Shown in pieces: positions 9,741-20,866 of a stretch of DNA of 64,000 nt (position 1 is the stretch's first letter; each line of letters begins with the position of its first letter). Where the stretch lies: the NCBI GenBank assembly GCA_030693205.1, contig JAUYBG010000006.1, forward strand, positions 68,015 through 132,014. The letters are read 5' to 3'. Source of the stretch: a bacterium. Its GTDB lineage: Bacteria > Patescibacteriota > Minisyncoccia > JAHIHE01. Under the pieces are notes generated by a model. That model was not told the origin of the DNA, did no database searches, and was given only the letters and a program-made list of their open reading frames with translations. The translations under genes and the position numbers were made by a program.

Positions 9741-10865
9741 TTAAAGTCCTTCCTTCCCTAATTCTTCCAATAATTCCCTTTGCTTTTTGGTCAAAGATTT
9801 CGGCGTTTTAATTTTAATTTTCACATATTGATCGCCGCGGCCATAGCTATCCATGCGCGGCATTCCTTTGCCCGTCATCCGGATAACTTTTCCCGATTCA
9901 ATGCCGGCCGGCACGGTCAAAACCGCAGTTCCTTCGATCGTCGGCACATCAATTTTTGCGCCAAGGCTAGCTTCTGAAAAATTAATTTCCGCTTCATAAA
10001 TAATATCGGCGTTCTGACGATTAAAGTTTTTATGCGGCTTAATATGAATATTGATATACAGATCCCCGCTCACTCCGCCTTTTGGTCCGGCCTCGCCGGC
10101 TCCTCGCAAAGTCAAAGTCATTCCGTCTTCCACGCCTTTGGGTATCTTTAACTTTATCGGCACGCTCTCCCGAACTCTGCCGTCGCCGCCGCAAGCTTTG
10201 CATTTTTTCTCCACCGTCTTTCCTTCCCCTCCGCAATCCGGACAGGTTGAAACCTGGGCAAAGCTTCCCAAAATTGTCCGGCGTGTCTGGCGGATCTCGC
10301 CTGTTCCTTTGCATTTTTGGCACTCCACGATTTTTGATCCGGCTTCGGCGCCGCTTCCTTTGCACGATGCGCAAACCGCTCTTTTATATAAATTTATTTC
10401 CCTTTCAATCCCGCTAAAAACTTCTTCAAGGGTCAATTCGATATCAATCGCGACGTCTTCGCCCTTCTTTGCCCTTCTTCCGCCTCGCCCGCCCCGGCTC
10501 CTGCCGCCGCCGAATATATCGGAAAAAATATCGCCGAACCCTTCCCCGCCGAATTCAAAATTTATTCCTTCGCCGCCAGCGCCGCGAAATATATCTTCAA
10601 AGCCCCCGAAACCTTGAGCCCCGCCAAATCCGCCTCCGCCTTGAGCTTGAGCTTGTTCAAATGTCTGGCCATATTGATCATACTGGCCTCTTTTTTGCTT
10701 GTCGGAAAGCACTTGATAAGCTTCGTTTATTTCTTTGAATTTTTTTTCTTCCCCGCCGGGCTTATCCGGATGATGTTTTTGCGCCAAACGCCGATAAGCG
10801 CGTTTGATCTCTTCATCCGACGCGCCTTTGCCAACTCCTAAAATTTCATAATAATCTCGAGCCAT
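9741..10865 (-). CDS. dnaJ: chaperone DnaJ
   Basis: J domain HPD, G/F-rich region, four CxxCxGxG repeats. Confidence 0.97.
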   Translation of the reverse strand: MARDYYEILGVGKGASDEEIKRAYRRLAQKHHPDKPGGEEKKFKEINEAYQVLSDKQKRGQYDQYGQTFEQAQAQGGGGFGGAQGFGGFEDIFRGAGGEGINFEFGGEGFGDIFSDIFGGGRSRGGRGGRRAKKGEDVAIDIELTLEEVFSGIEREINLYKRAVCASCKGSGAEAGSKIVECQKCKGTGEIRQTRRTILGSFAQVSTCPDCGGEGKTVEKKCKACGGDGRVRESVPIKLKIPKGVEDGMTLTLRGAGEAGPKGGVSGDLYINIHIKPHKNFNRQNADIIYEAEINFSEASLGAKIDVPTIEGTAVLTVPAGIESGKVIRMTGKGMPRMDSYGRGDQYVKIKIKTPKSLTKKQRELLEELGKEGL

Positions 10866-11034
10866 AATAAAAAATCTAATAAATCTATTATACACTGCTT
10901 ACACAAAATAAAAAAGACCTTGAAGTGTCTAAAATTATACTAACCCCGAAATTAGGAAGGAAGGGAATTTAATTTACAATCTTTATTAATTATTAACTTA
11001 ATTCCCGTCCTAGAATACTTGGTTTTACTTTCCG

Positions 11035-11208
11035 TTAAAAACGGATATTCACCCCTGCCTCAAAAAAGTCTGGCAAACCGTGTCCTACAAGACAAGGTTG
11101 TATTTCATTATATTCTCTTTGGCATGCTCCGCATGCTGTTTGAGAAGCTCCGATTTCTACACCACACCCACAATAAAATTTTTCTTTATTTATTACTTTT
11201 ATTTCCAT
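11035..11208 (-). CDS. 57-aa Cys-rich microprotein (not in ORF track)
   Basis: MEIKVINKEKFYCGCGVEIGASQTACGACQREYNEIQPCLVGHGLPDFFEAGVNIRF; SD GGAGG; TTGACA-16-TATAAT at 11300-11273. Confidence 0.65.
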   Translation of the reverse strand: MEIKVINKEKFYCGCGVEIGASQTACGACQREYNEIQPCLVGHGLPDFFEAGVNIRF

Positions 11209-11370
11209 ACTGTTCCTCCATTTAACTTTTCTCTTTCTCTTATTTTAAATGTACCAAGTATTCCTAACTCATATTATACTCAAAAAACTTGTTTTGTCAA
11301 GAAAAATCGTGTATAATTAAAAAGGTTATTACAATTATTTTGATTCGTATTTTATAATTTATTTTTTACT

Positions 11371-11550
11371 ATGAGCGACAAAAAACGTTGGAATGATCCG
11401 GCAAACGACGGACAAATAGATTATATAAAAATCGGCATAAGAATGTTCGCGCTTATAATGCTTTTGGCTTTGGCCGCTCTGATTAAAATCGCTATTGCGA
11501 ACCACTGGATAGATTCATTCAACGAAAACGCAAGAATCTTAGGACTCTAA
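11371..11550 (+). CDS. 59-aa single-TM microprotein (not in ORF track)
   Basis: MSDKKRWNDPANDGQIDYIKIGIRMFALIMLLALAALIKIAIANHW... Confidence 0.55.
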   Translation: MSDKKRWNDPANDGQIDYIKIGIRMFALIMLLALAALIKIAIANHWIDSFNENARILGL

Positions 11551-11637
11551 AACAACATTGAATAAAAATTTAAATCAGAATCTTCTAAATTAAAAAAAAC
11601 CGCCGAATTTCTCGGCGAGTTTTTTAATATTCATCTC

Positions 11638-13488
11638 CTATTTCTTCTTATCTTTTTCTTGAAATTCCCCCTCTACGGGGCCTTCCTTGGATTTATCATC
11701 CGCTTTTCCTTTAGGCGCTTCTCCCGCGCTTGGACCTTGCGGCTGGGCTTTATACAATTCCGCGCCTATTTTTTGCAGCGACTGGGATAATTCATCAGTA
11801 GCCTTTTTGATCGCGGCAGAATCGTCGCCGTCTTTTATTTTTTTCAAAGCGGCAATTTTTTCTTCCACTTCTTTTTTCATCGCTTCCGGCGCTTTTGCGC
11901 CCGCGTCTTTAATGGATTTTCCAGCAGTATACATCAAATTATCCGCAATATTCCGGACTTCCACCAATTCTTTTCTTTGCCGATCGGCGGCGGAGAATTT
12001 TTCCGCTTCCGCTTTCATCTTCTCAATATCTTCCTTGCTAAGTTTTGAAGAATCTTGAATGGTAATATTTTGGCTTTTACTTGTAGTTTTATCTTTCGCG
12101 GTAACCGTCAAAATTCCATTAGCATCAATGTCAAAAATCACTTCGACTTGCGGAATGCCGCGCGCTGCCGGAGGGATCCCGTCCAAAATAAATCTGCCTA
12201 ATGATTTATTATCAGAAGCCATCGGCCTCTCGCCTTGCAAAACATGGATTTCTACCGAAGTCTGATTGTCAGCCGCGGTGGAAAATACTTGCGACTTTGA
12301 AGTCGGAATAGTGGTATTGCGATTGATCAAAGGAGTAGCGACCGTGCCCATCGTCTCAATGCCAAGAGTAAGCGGAGTAACATCCAAAAGTAAAACTTCC
12401 TTCGCTTCTCCGCCCAGCACAGCGCCTTGGATCGAAGCTCCAACCGCCACGCATTCCATCGGATCCACGCCCCGCTCGATCTTTTTTCCGGCATAATCTT
12501 CCACGAATTTCTGCACGATCGGCATTCGGGTCGGCCCGCCGACCAAAATCACTTTATCGATTTGCTGAGGGGTCAATTTCGCGTCGCTAAGCGCCTGCTC
12601 CACCGGATGGCGCATTCTATCGATGATCGGCTTGATAAGAGATTCGAGCTTGGCTCGGGTAAGTTTCAAAGCTAAATGTTTCGGCCCGGCTTCATTCGCC
12701 GTAACAAACGGCAGATTAAGATCGGTTTCGAGCGTCGTGCTCAATTCAATTTTGGCTTTCTCCGCCGCTTCTCTGATCCTTTGCATCGCCATTTTATCAG
12801 CAGACAGATCAATGCCATTGTCTTTTTTAAATTCTTCAACTATAAAATCGATCAAAGCTTTGTCCATATCGGTCCCGCCCAGCTGGGTATCGCCGGAAGT
12901 GGATTCCACTTCAAAAACTCCTTCGCCAAAATCCATGATCGTCACATCAAGCGTTCCACCGCCGAGATCAAAAACCAAAATTTTCTGATCTTTGCCGACT
13001 TTATCCAATCCATAAGCCAAAGCCGCGGCCGTCGGTTCATTTATAATACGCACCACTTCCAATCCCGCGATCGCGCCTGCATCCTTAGTTGCTTGGCGCT
13101 GAGAATCATTGAAATACGCCGGCACCGTGATCACCGCTTTTTCCACTCTCTGTCCGAGATAAGCCTCCGCGTCTTTCTTGATCTTCTGCAAAATAAAAGC
13201 GGAGATCTGCTCAGGCGTATATTCTTTGCCGAATATTTTATATTTAAAATCCGTGCCCATTTTTCTTTTGGCGGCCATTACTGTTCCTTCCGGATTGGTT
13301 ACCGCCTGGCGGCGCGCCGGTTCGCCCACCAAAAGCTCGCCGGTCTTGGTAAAAGCCACCACCGACGGAAAAGCTTTTCCGCCCACAGAAGTTCCTTCAG
13401 CCGAAGGAATAATAGTCGGTTTTCCCGCTTCCATTACCGCCGCAGCCGAGTTTGAAGTTCCCAGATCGATTCCTATGATTTTTGACAT
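11638..13488 (-). CDS. dnaK: chaperone DnaK (Hsp70)
   Basis: [41 protein letters not shown]. Confidence 0.98.
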   Translation of the reverse strand: MSKIIGIDLGTSNSAAAVMEAGKPTIIPSAEGTSVGGKAFPSVVAFTKTGELLVGEPARRQAVTNPEGTVMAAKRKMGTDFKYKIFGKEYTPEQISAFILQKIKKDAEAYLGQRVEKAVITVPAYFNDSQRQATKDAGAIAGLEVVRIINEPTAAALAYGLDKVGKDQKILVFDLGGGTLDVTIMDFGEGVFEVESTSGDTQLGGTDMDKALIDFIVEEFKKDNGIDLSADKMAMQRIREAAEKAKIELSTTLETDLNLPFVTANEAGPKHLALKLTRAKLESLIKPIIDRMRHPVEQALSDAKLTPQQIDKVILVGGPTRMPIVQKFVEDYAGKKIERGVDPMECVAVGASIQGAVLGGEAKEVLLLDVTPLTLGIETMGTVATPLINRNTTIPTSKSQVFSTAADNQTSVEIHVLQGERPMASDNKSLGRFILDGIPPAARGIPQVEVIFDIDANGILTVTAKDKTTSKSQNITIQDSSKLSKEDIEKMKAEAEKFSAADRQRKELVEVRNIADNLMYTAGKSIKDAGAKAPEAMKKEVEEKIAALKKIKDGDDSAAIKKATDELSQSLQKIGAELYKAQPQGPSAGEAPKGKADDKSKEGPVEGEFQEKDKKK

Positions 13489-13698
13489 GTATTTGAAAAT
13501 TATAAATTACTAATTTTAAATCCAAAAACAATCTTAAATATCAAATTTTAAATGTTAAAAGTTTTAGAATTAAGCATTTATCACTTGAAATTGTTTTTAA
13601 ATTTTGAATTTATTATTTTTAATTATTCTTTTATGTTGACTTCTTGTGTATTTTATTATACTATTGATTCAATAAAATTTCAAGAGGAGGTGAAGTAA

Positions 13699-13950
13699 AC
13701 GAACATTAAAACAATACTTAAGTGGGCAAGAAACCTTTTAGCAGCTATAAATATCTTTTTATGGCGGGATTTCATGGAACTTGGCAGTAACTTCGGCTAT
13801 GATCCAAAACCACATCTTAAGGAAACAACTGTTGGCAATCTAGTTTGGCATGCAATTGTTTTTATACTAACGCCGGTTGCTTTGATAATTACTGCTTGCG
13901 CGATAATTATCAAAATTGCTTGCGCGATAAAAGATATCAAACTTGCGTAA
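13699..13950 (+). pseudogene. 83-codon membrane-protein frame with ACG in place of ATG after a strong SD
   Basis: GAGGAGGTGA at 13684-13693, ACG at 13699, open to TAA 13950. Confidence 0.4.
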
Positions 13951-13980
13951 TAGGAACTTCGGTTCCTCTTTTTTTATTTC

Positions 13981-14100
13981 TGTCATTTCGACTATAAGGA
14001 GAAATCCCTTAGAGACGACGAATACTTACAAAATAAACTACTTATCGCATAATCATGTTTGGGGAATTCCTCTTTGCCTGCTGGCAAATTCGGAATGGCA
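13981..14100. repeat. degenerate REP-like palindromic element
   Basis: tgtcatttcgac...ggagaaatccc and ggggaattcctc...cggaatggca ends. Confidence 0.5.
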
Positions 14101-14110
14101 AAAAATATAT

Positions 14111-14653
14111 TTATTTTTTTGCCACTTTCACTTTCGCCGTCCTGATCACCATTCCGTTCAGCTTATATCCTTTCTGAACTTCTTCCAAAATCTCGCCTTC
14201 CTGTTTTTTACTTTCCACTATCTCTACCGCTTCGTGAAATTCCGGATCGAATTTCTCGCCGATTGATTTAATTTCTTCCAACCCTTTGCTTTTCAACAAA
14301 CTCGCCAATTGTTCTTTTAGCTGGGTCACGCCTTTTGTCCATTCTTTATCTTTCAAGTCTTCCGGAATGTGCTTCACTGCCAAAGTAAAAGTATCAAAAA
14401 TCGGAAGCAACGCCAAAATCAATTCCTGATTGGCCGCGCCCACCAATTCCCCGAATAATTCGCTTTGCCTTTTTTTATAATTTTGAAAATCCGCCATTGC
14501 TCGCTTCCAGTGGTCATGATATTCGGCTGATTTTTTCTTTTCTTCTTCCAGCTGTTTTTTCAATAGCTCTAGTTCGTTTCCGCCTTTTTCATCCTGTTCG
14601 TCGCTTGTCGCGCCTGATTTTACCCCATCATCTTCTTTTTTAGTTGAAAACAT
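14111..14653 (-). CDS. grpE: nucleotide exchange factor GrpE
   Basis: RAMADFQNYKKR, FDPEFHEAV, QKGYKLNG..IR.AKVKV. Confidence 0.96.
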   Translation of the reverse strand: MFSTKKEDDGVKSGATSDEQDEKGGNELELLKKQLEEEKKKSAEYHDHWKRAMADFQNYKKRQSELFGELVGAANQELILALLPIFDTFTLAVKHIPEDLKDKEWTKGVTQLKEQLASLLKSKGLEEIKSIGEKFDPEFHEAVEIVESKKQEGEILEEVQKGYKLNGMVIRTAKVKVAKK

Positions 14654-14680
14654 AATTTTTTTATTAAGCCTCGCTGCCAC

Positions 14681-14767
14681 TTGTCATTGCGAGCCCTGTA
14701 CTCAGGGCGCGGCAATCTCATTTTTCGGCTATAGATTGCTTCGTCATTTCACTCCTCGCAATGACAA
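14681..14767. repeat. REP/RPE-like palindromic element (GTCATTGCGAG...CTCGCAATGAC)
   Basis: nested inverted repeats; close copy at 51280-51365. Confidence 0.85.
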
Positions 14768-14957
14768 AATAACGACTTTAACAAAATTCCCTAATAATTT
14801 ATTAATCTCTAAACTGCTAATCCAATTTAACATAGTTTTTAAAAAAATTCAAGAGCTTCCCTTTAAAAAAGTAACATTGAATTATACCAATTTTTACCCA
14901 TTTGTCAAGGTTTGATTTTTGTAATATAATACAAGCAATCAGTTAAACAACTTTTTT

Positions 14958-15884
14958 ATGCTCAAAAAACTTACCGCCAAAGGATTTAATTGGATCGATA
15001 TCGACCACCCAACCGCCGAAGATATCAAACAATTAAAAAAAGAATTCGTAATTAGAGACAGTGTTCTTGAGCGTTTAGTACCCCCCATCAAAAGATCCGA
15101 GATCGAAGAGTACAAAAGCTATCTTTTTATAATCCTTCATTTTCCACTTTATAGTTCCGAAAGCCGCCAGAGCCGTTCGACAGAACTTGATATAGTAATT
15201 ACAAACGACACATTGATCACTTCTCACGACGGAAATCTCTCCGAACATAATAATTTTTTTCGTATTTGCAATAATTGCTTGAAAGACAAAAGCGCTTATC
15301 TGGGCAAAGGACATATTCATCTTTTATATCATCTGCTTGATTCTTTGATTGATGCTCAAATGCCTATGCTTAATCATATTGCCGATAATATTTATGCGAT
15401 CGAAGAAAATGTATTTAAAGGCAAAGAAAAAGAAATGCTAAGAGAGATTGCCATTGTAAAACGCGATATTATAAATTTTCGAAGAATTATCAAGCCTCAG
15501 CACGCGATTTTGGAATCATTAATGCGAAAAGCTTATCGTTTTTGCGGAATAAAAAACACTGCAAAGATCGAAAGGCACGCCCAAGAAGTTATCGGATCAA
15601 ATATCAAAATTTGGAATACGATAGAAAACCACAAAGAAATGATAGAATCTATCGAGGTAACAAACGAAAGCCTTTTGTCTTACCAGCTCAATGAAACAAT
15701 GAAAGTTCTTACCGTTGTTTCCGTGATACTGGCGCCAATGGCTTTGATCGTAAATATATGGGGAATGAATATCGGCGGACTTCCCCTTACCGAAGATCCT
15801 TTTGGCTTTTCCATAATACTGCTGGTAATGTTTTTGGCGGGCGCTCTTCTGCTGGCTTATTACAAAAATAAAAAATGGATGTAA
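14958..15884 (+). CDS. corA: CorA family Mg2+/divalent cation transporter
   Basis: NETMKVLT...IWGMN signature and two C-terminal TMs. Confidence 0.92.
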   Translation: MLKKLTAKGFNWIDIDHPTAEDIKQLKKEFVIRDSVLERLVPPIKRSEIEEYKSYLFIILHFPLYSSESRQSRSTELDIVITNDTLITSHDGNLSEHNNFFRICNNCLKDKSAYLGKGHIHLLYHLLDSLIDAQMPMLNHIADNIYAIEENVFKGKEKEMLREIAIVKRDIINFRRIIKPQHAILESLMRKAYRFCGIKNTAKIERHAQEVIGSNIKIWNTIENHKEMIESIEVTNESLLSYQLNETMKVLTVVSVILAPMALIVNIWGMNIGGLPLTEDPFGFSIILLVMFLAGALLLAYYKNKKWM

Positions 15885-15898
15885 TAAAATTTAAAATT

Positions 15899-17284
15899 AT
15901 GCTGCAACTATACAACTCGTTGACCAGAAAAAAAGAAGAATTTAAACCCATTAACCCTCCGGAAGTGGGTCTTTATACTTGTGGACCGACGGTTTATGAT
16001 TATGACCATATCGGCCACGCTTGGACATATACTACTGCCGATCTATTGCGCCGCACTCTGGAATTCAATGACTACAAAGTGCGCCAGGTAATGAATATCA
16101 CCGATGTGGGCCACCTGACCTCCGATGGCGATACCGGCGAGGACAAACTGGAAAAAGGCGCGCGCCGCGAAGGAAAAACTGTTTGGGAAGTCGCCAAATA
16201 CTACACTGATATTTTTTTAAAACATCGCAATGATTTGAATTTGCTGAAACCCAACGTAATCTGCAAAGCCACCGATCATATTCCCGAAATGATCGATCTG
16301 ATCAAAAAATTGGAAGCCAAAGGCGCGACATATGTCATAACCGACGGAGTTTATTTCGATATTTCCAAATTTCCCGCCTACGGAAAATTATCCGGCAATA
16401 CTTTGGAAAAGTTAAAAGCCGGAGCGAGAATTGAAGTTAATCCGGAGAAGAAAAATCCGGCTGATTTCGCGCTTTGGAAATTCAGTCCCGCTGATTCTAA
16501 ACGAGAAATGGAATGGGATTCGCCGTGGGGCAAAGGATTTCCCGGCTGGCATATCGAATGCTCGGCAATGAGCATGAAATACTTGGGCGAATCTTTTGAT
16601 ATCCATAGCGGCGGCGAAGACAATAAATTTCCCCACCATGAATGCGAAATCGCCCAAACCGAAACCGCAACCGGAAAAACTTTCGTGAATTACTGGTTCC
16701 ACACGAGATTCCTGATGATCAACGGGCAAAAGATGAGCAAATCCCTGAAAAATTTTTATACGCTGGATGATGTAATAAAAAAAGGCTTCTCGCCTTTGGC
16801 TATGCGTTATCTCTGCCTGACCGCGCACTACCGGACCAATCTTAATTTTACCTGGAAATCACTGGAAGCGGCTCAAACCGCCCTGAACAATTTATACGAC
16901 GCCGTCGGCCGGATGAAAATCAAAAAAAACGATTCCAAGATCAACTGCGCGAAATTCGACCGCCAATTTACCGAAGCGATCAATGACGACATTAACACTC
17001 CGAAAGCTATAGCCATAATGTGGGAACTTATGAAATCCCAATATCCGGATTCGGCCAAAAAGCAATCGCTTTTAATTATGGATAAAATTTTCGGGCTGGG
17101 CTTGGATAAGATCAAAAAGAAAAAAATAACGATCCCGCCGGAAATTAAAAAATTGGCCGAACAGCGTGAAAAAGCCCGAGAAGAAAAAAATTGGGCGCTG
17201 GCGGATCAATTGCGGGAAAAAATCGAAAAAGAAGGGTTTGCAGTGGAAGATACGGACGGGAAGACCAAGGTAAAGAATAAATAG
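15899..17284 (+). CDS. cysS: cysteinyl-tRNA synthetase
   Basis: CGPTVY, HIGH, GFPGWHIECSAM, KMSKS. Confidence 0.97.
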   Translation: MLQLYNSLTRKKEEFKPINPPEVGLYTCGPTVYDYDHIGHAWTYTTADLLRRTLEFNDYKVRQVMNITDVGHLTSDGDTGEDKLEKGARREGKTVWEVAKYYTDIFLKHRNDLNLLKPNVICKATDHIPEMIDLIKKLEAKGATYVITDGVYFDISKFPAYGKLSGNTLEKLKAGARIEVNPEKKNPADFALWKFSPADSKREMEWDSPWGKGFPGWHIECSAMSMKYLGESFDIHSGGEDNKFPHHECEIAQTETATGKTFVNYWFHTRFLMINGQKMSKSLKNFYTLDDVIKKGFSPLAMRYLCLTAHYRTNLNFTWKSLEAAQTALNNLYDAVGRMKIKKNDSKINCAKFDRQFTEAINDDINTPKAIAIMWELMKSQYPDSAKKQSLLIMDKIFGLGLDKIKKKKITIPPEIKKLAEQREKAREEKNWALADQLREKIEKEGFAVEDTDGKTKVKNK

Positions 17285-17383
17285 AATGTTATCAACTCGT
17301 GCATAAAAAGAGGATAAAAAACCTCTTTTTATGTATTTACACGGAATAAAAATAGTGATAGAATTTGTATACTAAATAAAAAA

Positions 17384-18844
17384 ATGGCTTTTGACAATAA
17401 AAACAAAAAAGACATTATTCCTGTTTCCGACCTCGCGGCTTTCGATCGCCTTCCGCCTCAAAATCTGGAAGCCGAGCAAGCGCTACTCGGATCTTTAATG
17501 CTGGACAAAGACGCGATCATCAAAATCGAAAATATGATCGTCCCGGATGATTTTTACAAAAACACCCACGCTAAAATATTTTCCGCTATGGTTGAACTAT
17601 ATGCCCACCAGGAACCGATCGATATGCTAAGCTTGACCAATAGGCTGGAAGAAAAAAACCAGCTGGAAGAGATCGGCGGCAGCGGATATTTGGCGAGCCT
17701 CGTCAATTCCGTGCCTTCCGCCGCCAATGTCGTCTATTACGCGAAGATCATCCAGAAAAAAGCGACTCTCCGCCGCCTGATCAATACCGCCGGACAGATA
17801 TTAACTCTGGGATACGAGGAATCGGAAGAAGTCGACAAGCTTCTCGACGATGCCGAAAAATTGATCTTTGGAATCTCGCAAAAATATTTAAGCCAAAGTT
17901 TTCTCCATGTCAAACCGATCTTGCAGGAAACTTTTGACCGGATCGACCGCTTGCACCAGAACAAAGATAAATTCCGGGGAGTCGCGACCGGTTTTCAGGA
18001 TCTGGATATGGCCTTGAACGGATTGCAAAAATCCGACCTGCTTATCATCGCCGCCCGCCCCAGCTTGGGAAAAACCTCTATTGCTTTGGATATAGCGCGC
18101 CATGTCAGCATCAGAGAAAAAAAAGGCGTGGGGATATTCTCGCTTGAAATGAGCAAAGAACAATTAGTCGACAGATTGCTTTGCTCGGAAGCCAAAGTTG
18201 ACTTACGGCGCCTCCGGAGCGGCCGACTATCCAGTGAAGGAGAAAACGATGAATTTTCAAGAATTAGCGAAGCCATGGATACTTTGTCCGGCGCCCCGAT
18301 CTATATCGATGACGCGGGATCAACCAACGTAATGGCTATGCGCACTATGGCGCGCCGGCTCCAAAACGAAACCGGAAATCTGGGATTGATAATCATCGAC
18401 TACTTGCAGCTAATGCAATCCGATCGGACGAAAAGATCGAACTACTCTGACAACCGCGTGCAAGAATTGGGCGAAATCACCCGTTCTTTGAAATCGCTGG
18501 CCAAAGAATTAAATATTCCGATTATCGCCATTTCCCAGTTATCCCGAGCCGTAGAATCGCGGGAAGGGCAAAAACCGCGCCTTTCAGACCTTAGAGAAAG
18601 CGGTACGATCGAACAAGATGCCGATGTCGTCCTGATGATCTATCGCGAAAGCCGCGTGCATGAAACCGAAGAAAACCGGAATATTGTCGATATCATAATC
18701 GCCAAGCACAGAAACGGCCCGATCGGCACGATCAAGCTATACTTCAGAAGCGAAAGGGCTTCATTCGAAAATCTTAGCCAAAAAGATTCCGTTTATCAAG
18801 ATTATATTAATTCTCAAGATTACAAAGACCTAACTACGTATTAA
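17384..18844 (+). CDS. dnaB: replicative DNA helicase
   Basis: AARPSLGKT, IIIDYLQLM, SQLSR, DLRESGTIEQDAD; no intein. Confidence 0.97.
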   Translation: MAFDNKNKKDIIPVSDLAAFDRLPPQNLEAEQALLGSLMLDKDAIIKIENMIVPDDFYKNTHAKIFSAMVELYAHQEPIDMLSLTNRLEEKNQLEEIGGSGYLASLVNSVPSAANVVYYAKIIQKKATLRRLINTAGQILTLGYEESEEVDKLLDDAEKLIFGISQKYLSQSFLHVKPILQETFDRIDRLHQNKDKFRGVATGFQDLDMALNGLQKSDLLIIAARPSLGKTSIALDIARHVSIREKKGVGIFSLEMSKEQLVDRLLCSEAKVDLRRLRSGRLSSEGENDEFSRISEAMDTLSGAPIYIDDAGSTNVMAMRTMARRLQNETGNLGLIIIDYLQLMQSDRTKRSNYSDNRVQELGEITRSLKSLAKELNIPIIAISQLSRAVESREGQKPRLSDLRESGTIEQDADVVLMIYRESRVHETEENRNIVDIIIAKHRNGPIGTIKLYFRSERASFENLSQKDSVYQDYINSQDYKDLTTY

Positions 18845-18848
18845 AACA

Positions 18849-19493
18849 ATGCCTGCAAAACCGATAGAAATATTATCCAAACAATTGTCAAAACTTCCCG
18901 GGATCGGCCCGAAATTCGCCGAGCGGCTGGTGTTCTTCTTAGCCAGCCAGCCCAAGGAATATTCGAGCGCTATCGCTTATGCCTTGATCGATTTCACGAA
19001 AAAAATAAAGCACTGCGCCGAATGCGGCAATATTTCCGAAGAAAATCTCTGCCTGATCTGCGCCGACCCCAAAAGAGACAAAACAAAGATCTGCGTGATC
19101 GAAAGCGCTTTGGATATTATAATCCTCGAAAAATCCGGCCAATACAAAGGGCTTTATCATGTCTTGGGCGGAGTGATCAGCCCTCACAAGCATATTATGC
19201 CGGAAAATCTGCGAATCAAACAATTGATCGCGAGAATTTCAAAACGCAATAATTCCCCTGCCTCCACCGCATCTCCCGACAAAGAAAAAAATAATCCCAA
19301 GATCCAGGAAATAATAATTGCCACCAATCCCAACACCGAAGGCGATACCACCGCGCTTTATTTGGTCCGGGTCTTATCTCCTTTGGGAGTAAAAATCACG
19401 CGCCTCGCCCGAGGCCTTCCCAGTGGAAGCGAATTGGAATATATGGATGAAGCAACTATCTCCAGCGCGCTGGCAGGAAGAAGAAATTTATAA
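18849..19493 (+). CDS. recR: recombination mediator RecR
   Basis: LPGIGPK, C4 Zn finger, YHVLGG, ATNPNTEGDTTA. Confidence 0.96.
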   Translation: MPAKPIEILSKQLSKLPGIGPKFAERLVFFLASQPKEYSSAIAYALIDFTKKIKHCAECGNISEENLCLICADPKRDKTKICVIESALDIIILEKSGQYKGLYHVLGGVISPHKHIMPENLRIKQLIARISKRNNSPASTASPDKEKNNPKIQEIIIATNPNTEGDTTALYLVRVLSPLGVKITRLARGLPSGSELEYMDEATISSALAGRRNL

Positions 19494-19597
19494 ACAATAG
19501 AGAAATTCTTTTTAACAAATTTATAAAAAAGTAAAATTATTGTTTTTATTCAACCATAATGCTATATTTATATAAGAAAAAATAATCTTTTCTAATT

Positions 19598-20173
19598 ATG
19601 ACGTCAATAACAATCAACCTTATTATCAAAAATCCGGGAAAATTACTTGCCGCTAAAAACGCATTTAGTAAATATGGAATTTTAATAAACCAAATTAATA
19701 AAGAATTCCCCGAAATTCAAGCGGACACAAGCTTGGAAATAGCTAAATATACAGCAATACAAGCTGCTAAAGAATTTAAAATGCCTATGATCAGAGAAGA
19801 CCACAGTATGTTTATAAACGCACTAGGCATTCCCGGTCCATACGCAAATTTTATAGAAAAACATCTGCCAGTTGAAAAATTATTGAAAATTCTTAAGACC
19901 CAAAAAGACAGAAGCGGCTATATGGAAGTTGCAACTGTTTTTGCTGAACCAAACGGCTTTACTTTAGAATATATGTACAAAGTACCTATTTATTTTGAAA
20001 ATAAAATTAATATTCCTGACCCGAAAAATGGCTGGAGCGGAATTATCAGACTCGCAAACGAAACAAGAACATTAACAGAATACCCTGAAGAAGAACGAGT
20101 GAATATATGGAATAAAAATTATATTTCTATCGCTGAATTCTTAATTAAAAATAAAGAAAAATATTTAAAATAA
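19598..20173 (+). CDS. divergent Ham1/ITPase-family non-canonical purine NTP pyrophosphatase
   Basis: NPGK, PEIQ, REDHSMFINALGIPGPY; lacks the C-terminal SHR motif. Confidence 0.75.
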   Translation: MTSITINLIIKNPGKLLAAKNAFSKYGILINQINKEFPEIQADTSLEIAKYTAIQAAKEFKMPMIREDHSMFINALGIPGPYANFIEKHLPVEKLLKILKTQKDRSGYMEVATVFAEPNGFTLEYMYKVPIYFENKINIPDPKNGWSGIIRLANETRTLTEYPEEERVNIWNKNYISIAEFLIKNKEKYLK

Positions 20174-20866
20174 TTTTAACATCTCGTTAACCCAATTATA
20201 AACACTTGGATACTTTTTCCACAAACGACTACCTTGTAAAATCAAATCTTTATGATCTGGATAACCGATATTTTTTATTTTTCCATGCAAAGAAATAAAA
20301 TCTTCAGTATCTTGGATTACAGCATTAAACACTTCTGCCATACCCCATAACTTTCCTTGTTCAGTATCCATCTTTCTAGTCTCGGGAAAGTTTTTTTGCA
20401 CAAAATCATAAAATATAAAATGGAGCATTTCGTGAAAAATAGTAAAAAGCTGAAAACTGCGATTATTATAAATAAAAACCTGAAACTCACCTGAATCAAG
20501 AAAACGAGGACAAAAATCAAATATAGAAAAATCGCCAATATATTTTTTCCTTGGCCACGGATACCCATTAAATAACTTACTTACCACTAAAAAGAAATTA
20601 TTTTGTTCTTGATTAATATATTTAATAGTATTTTCACTAAGAATTTTTATTTCTCTGTTATTAGATTTATAAAAATCTATAATGTATTTATTTAAAAATT
20701 TCTTTGGATTTTCAGCTGATTTAATTTCAATAAGTTTCGGATGATACTTCAAAGCTCTTTCCTTCCAAAAATCACACCCTCCAAAATTTGAGCTAAGGTA
20801 AAAATCCCAAGCTTTGACTTGATCTAGTTTTTGATCAAATTTTAATTTTATAATTGGTTGCTTCAT
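20165..20866 (-). CDS. HExxH metalloprotein (putative peptidase), RiPP cassette A
   Basis: IFHEMLHF plus downstream Glu (MAEVFN); co-oriented after the rSAM gene. Confidence 0.65.
   Translation of the reverse strand: MKQPIIKLKFDQKLDQVKAWDFYLSSNFGGCDFWKERALKYHPKLIEIKSAENPKKFLNKYIIDFYKSNNREIKILSENTIKYINQEQNNFFLVVSKLFNGYPWPRKKYIGDFSIFDFCPRFLDSGEFQVFIYNNRSFQLFTIFHEMLHFIFYDFVQKNFPETRKMDTEQGKLWGMAEVFNAVIQDTEDFISLHGKIKNIGYPDHKDLILQGSRLWKKYPSVYNWVNEMLKLF

Noticed and set aside
14805-14830. CIRCE operator upstream of grpE
   Set aside because: Only a half-site-like TTAGCAG is present, with no matching second arm and no hrcA in the window
17384-18844. Intein in dnaB
   Set aside because: Normal length with contiguous helicase motifs
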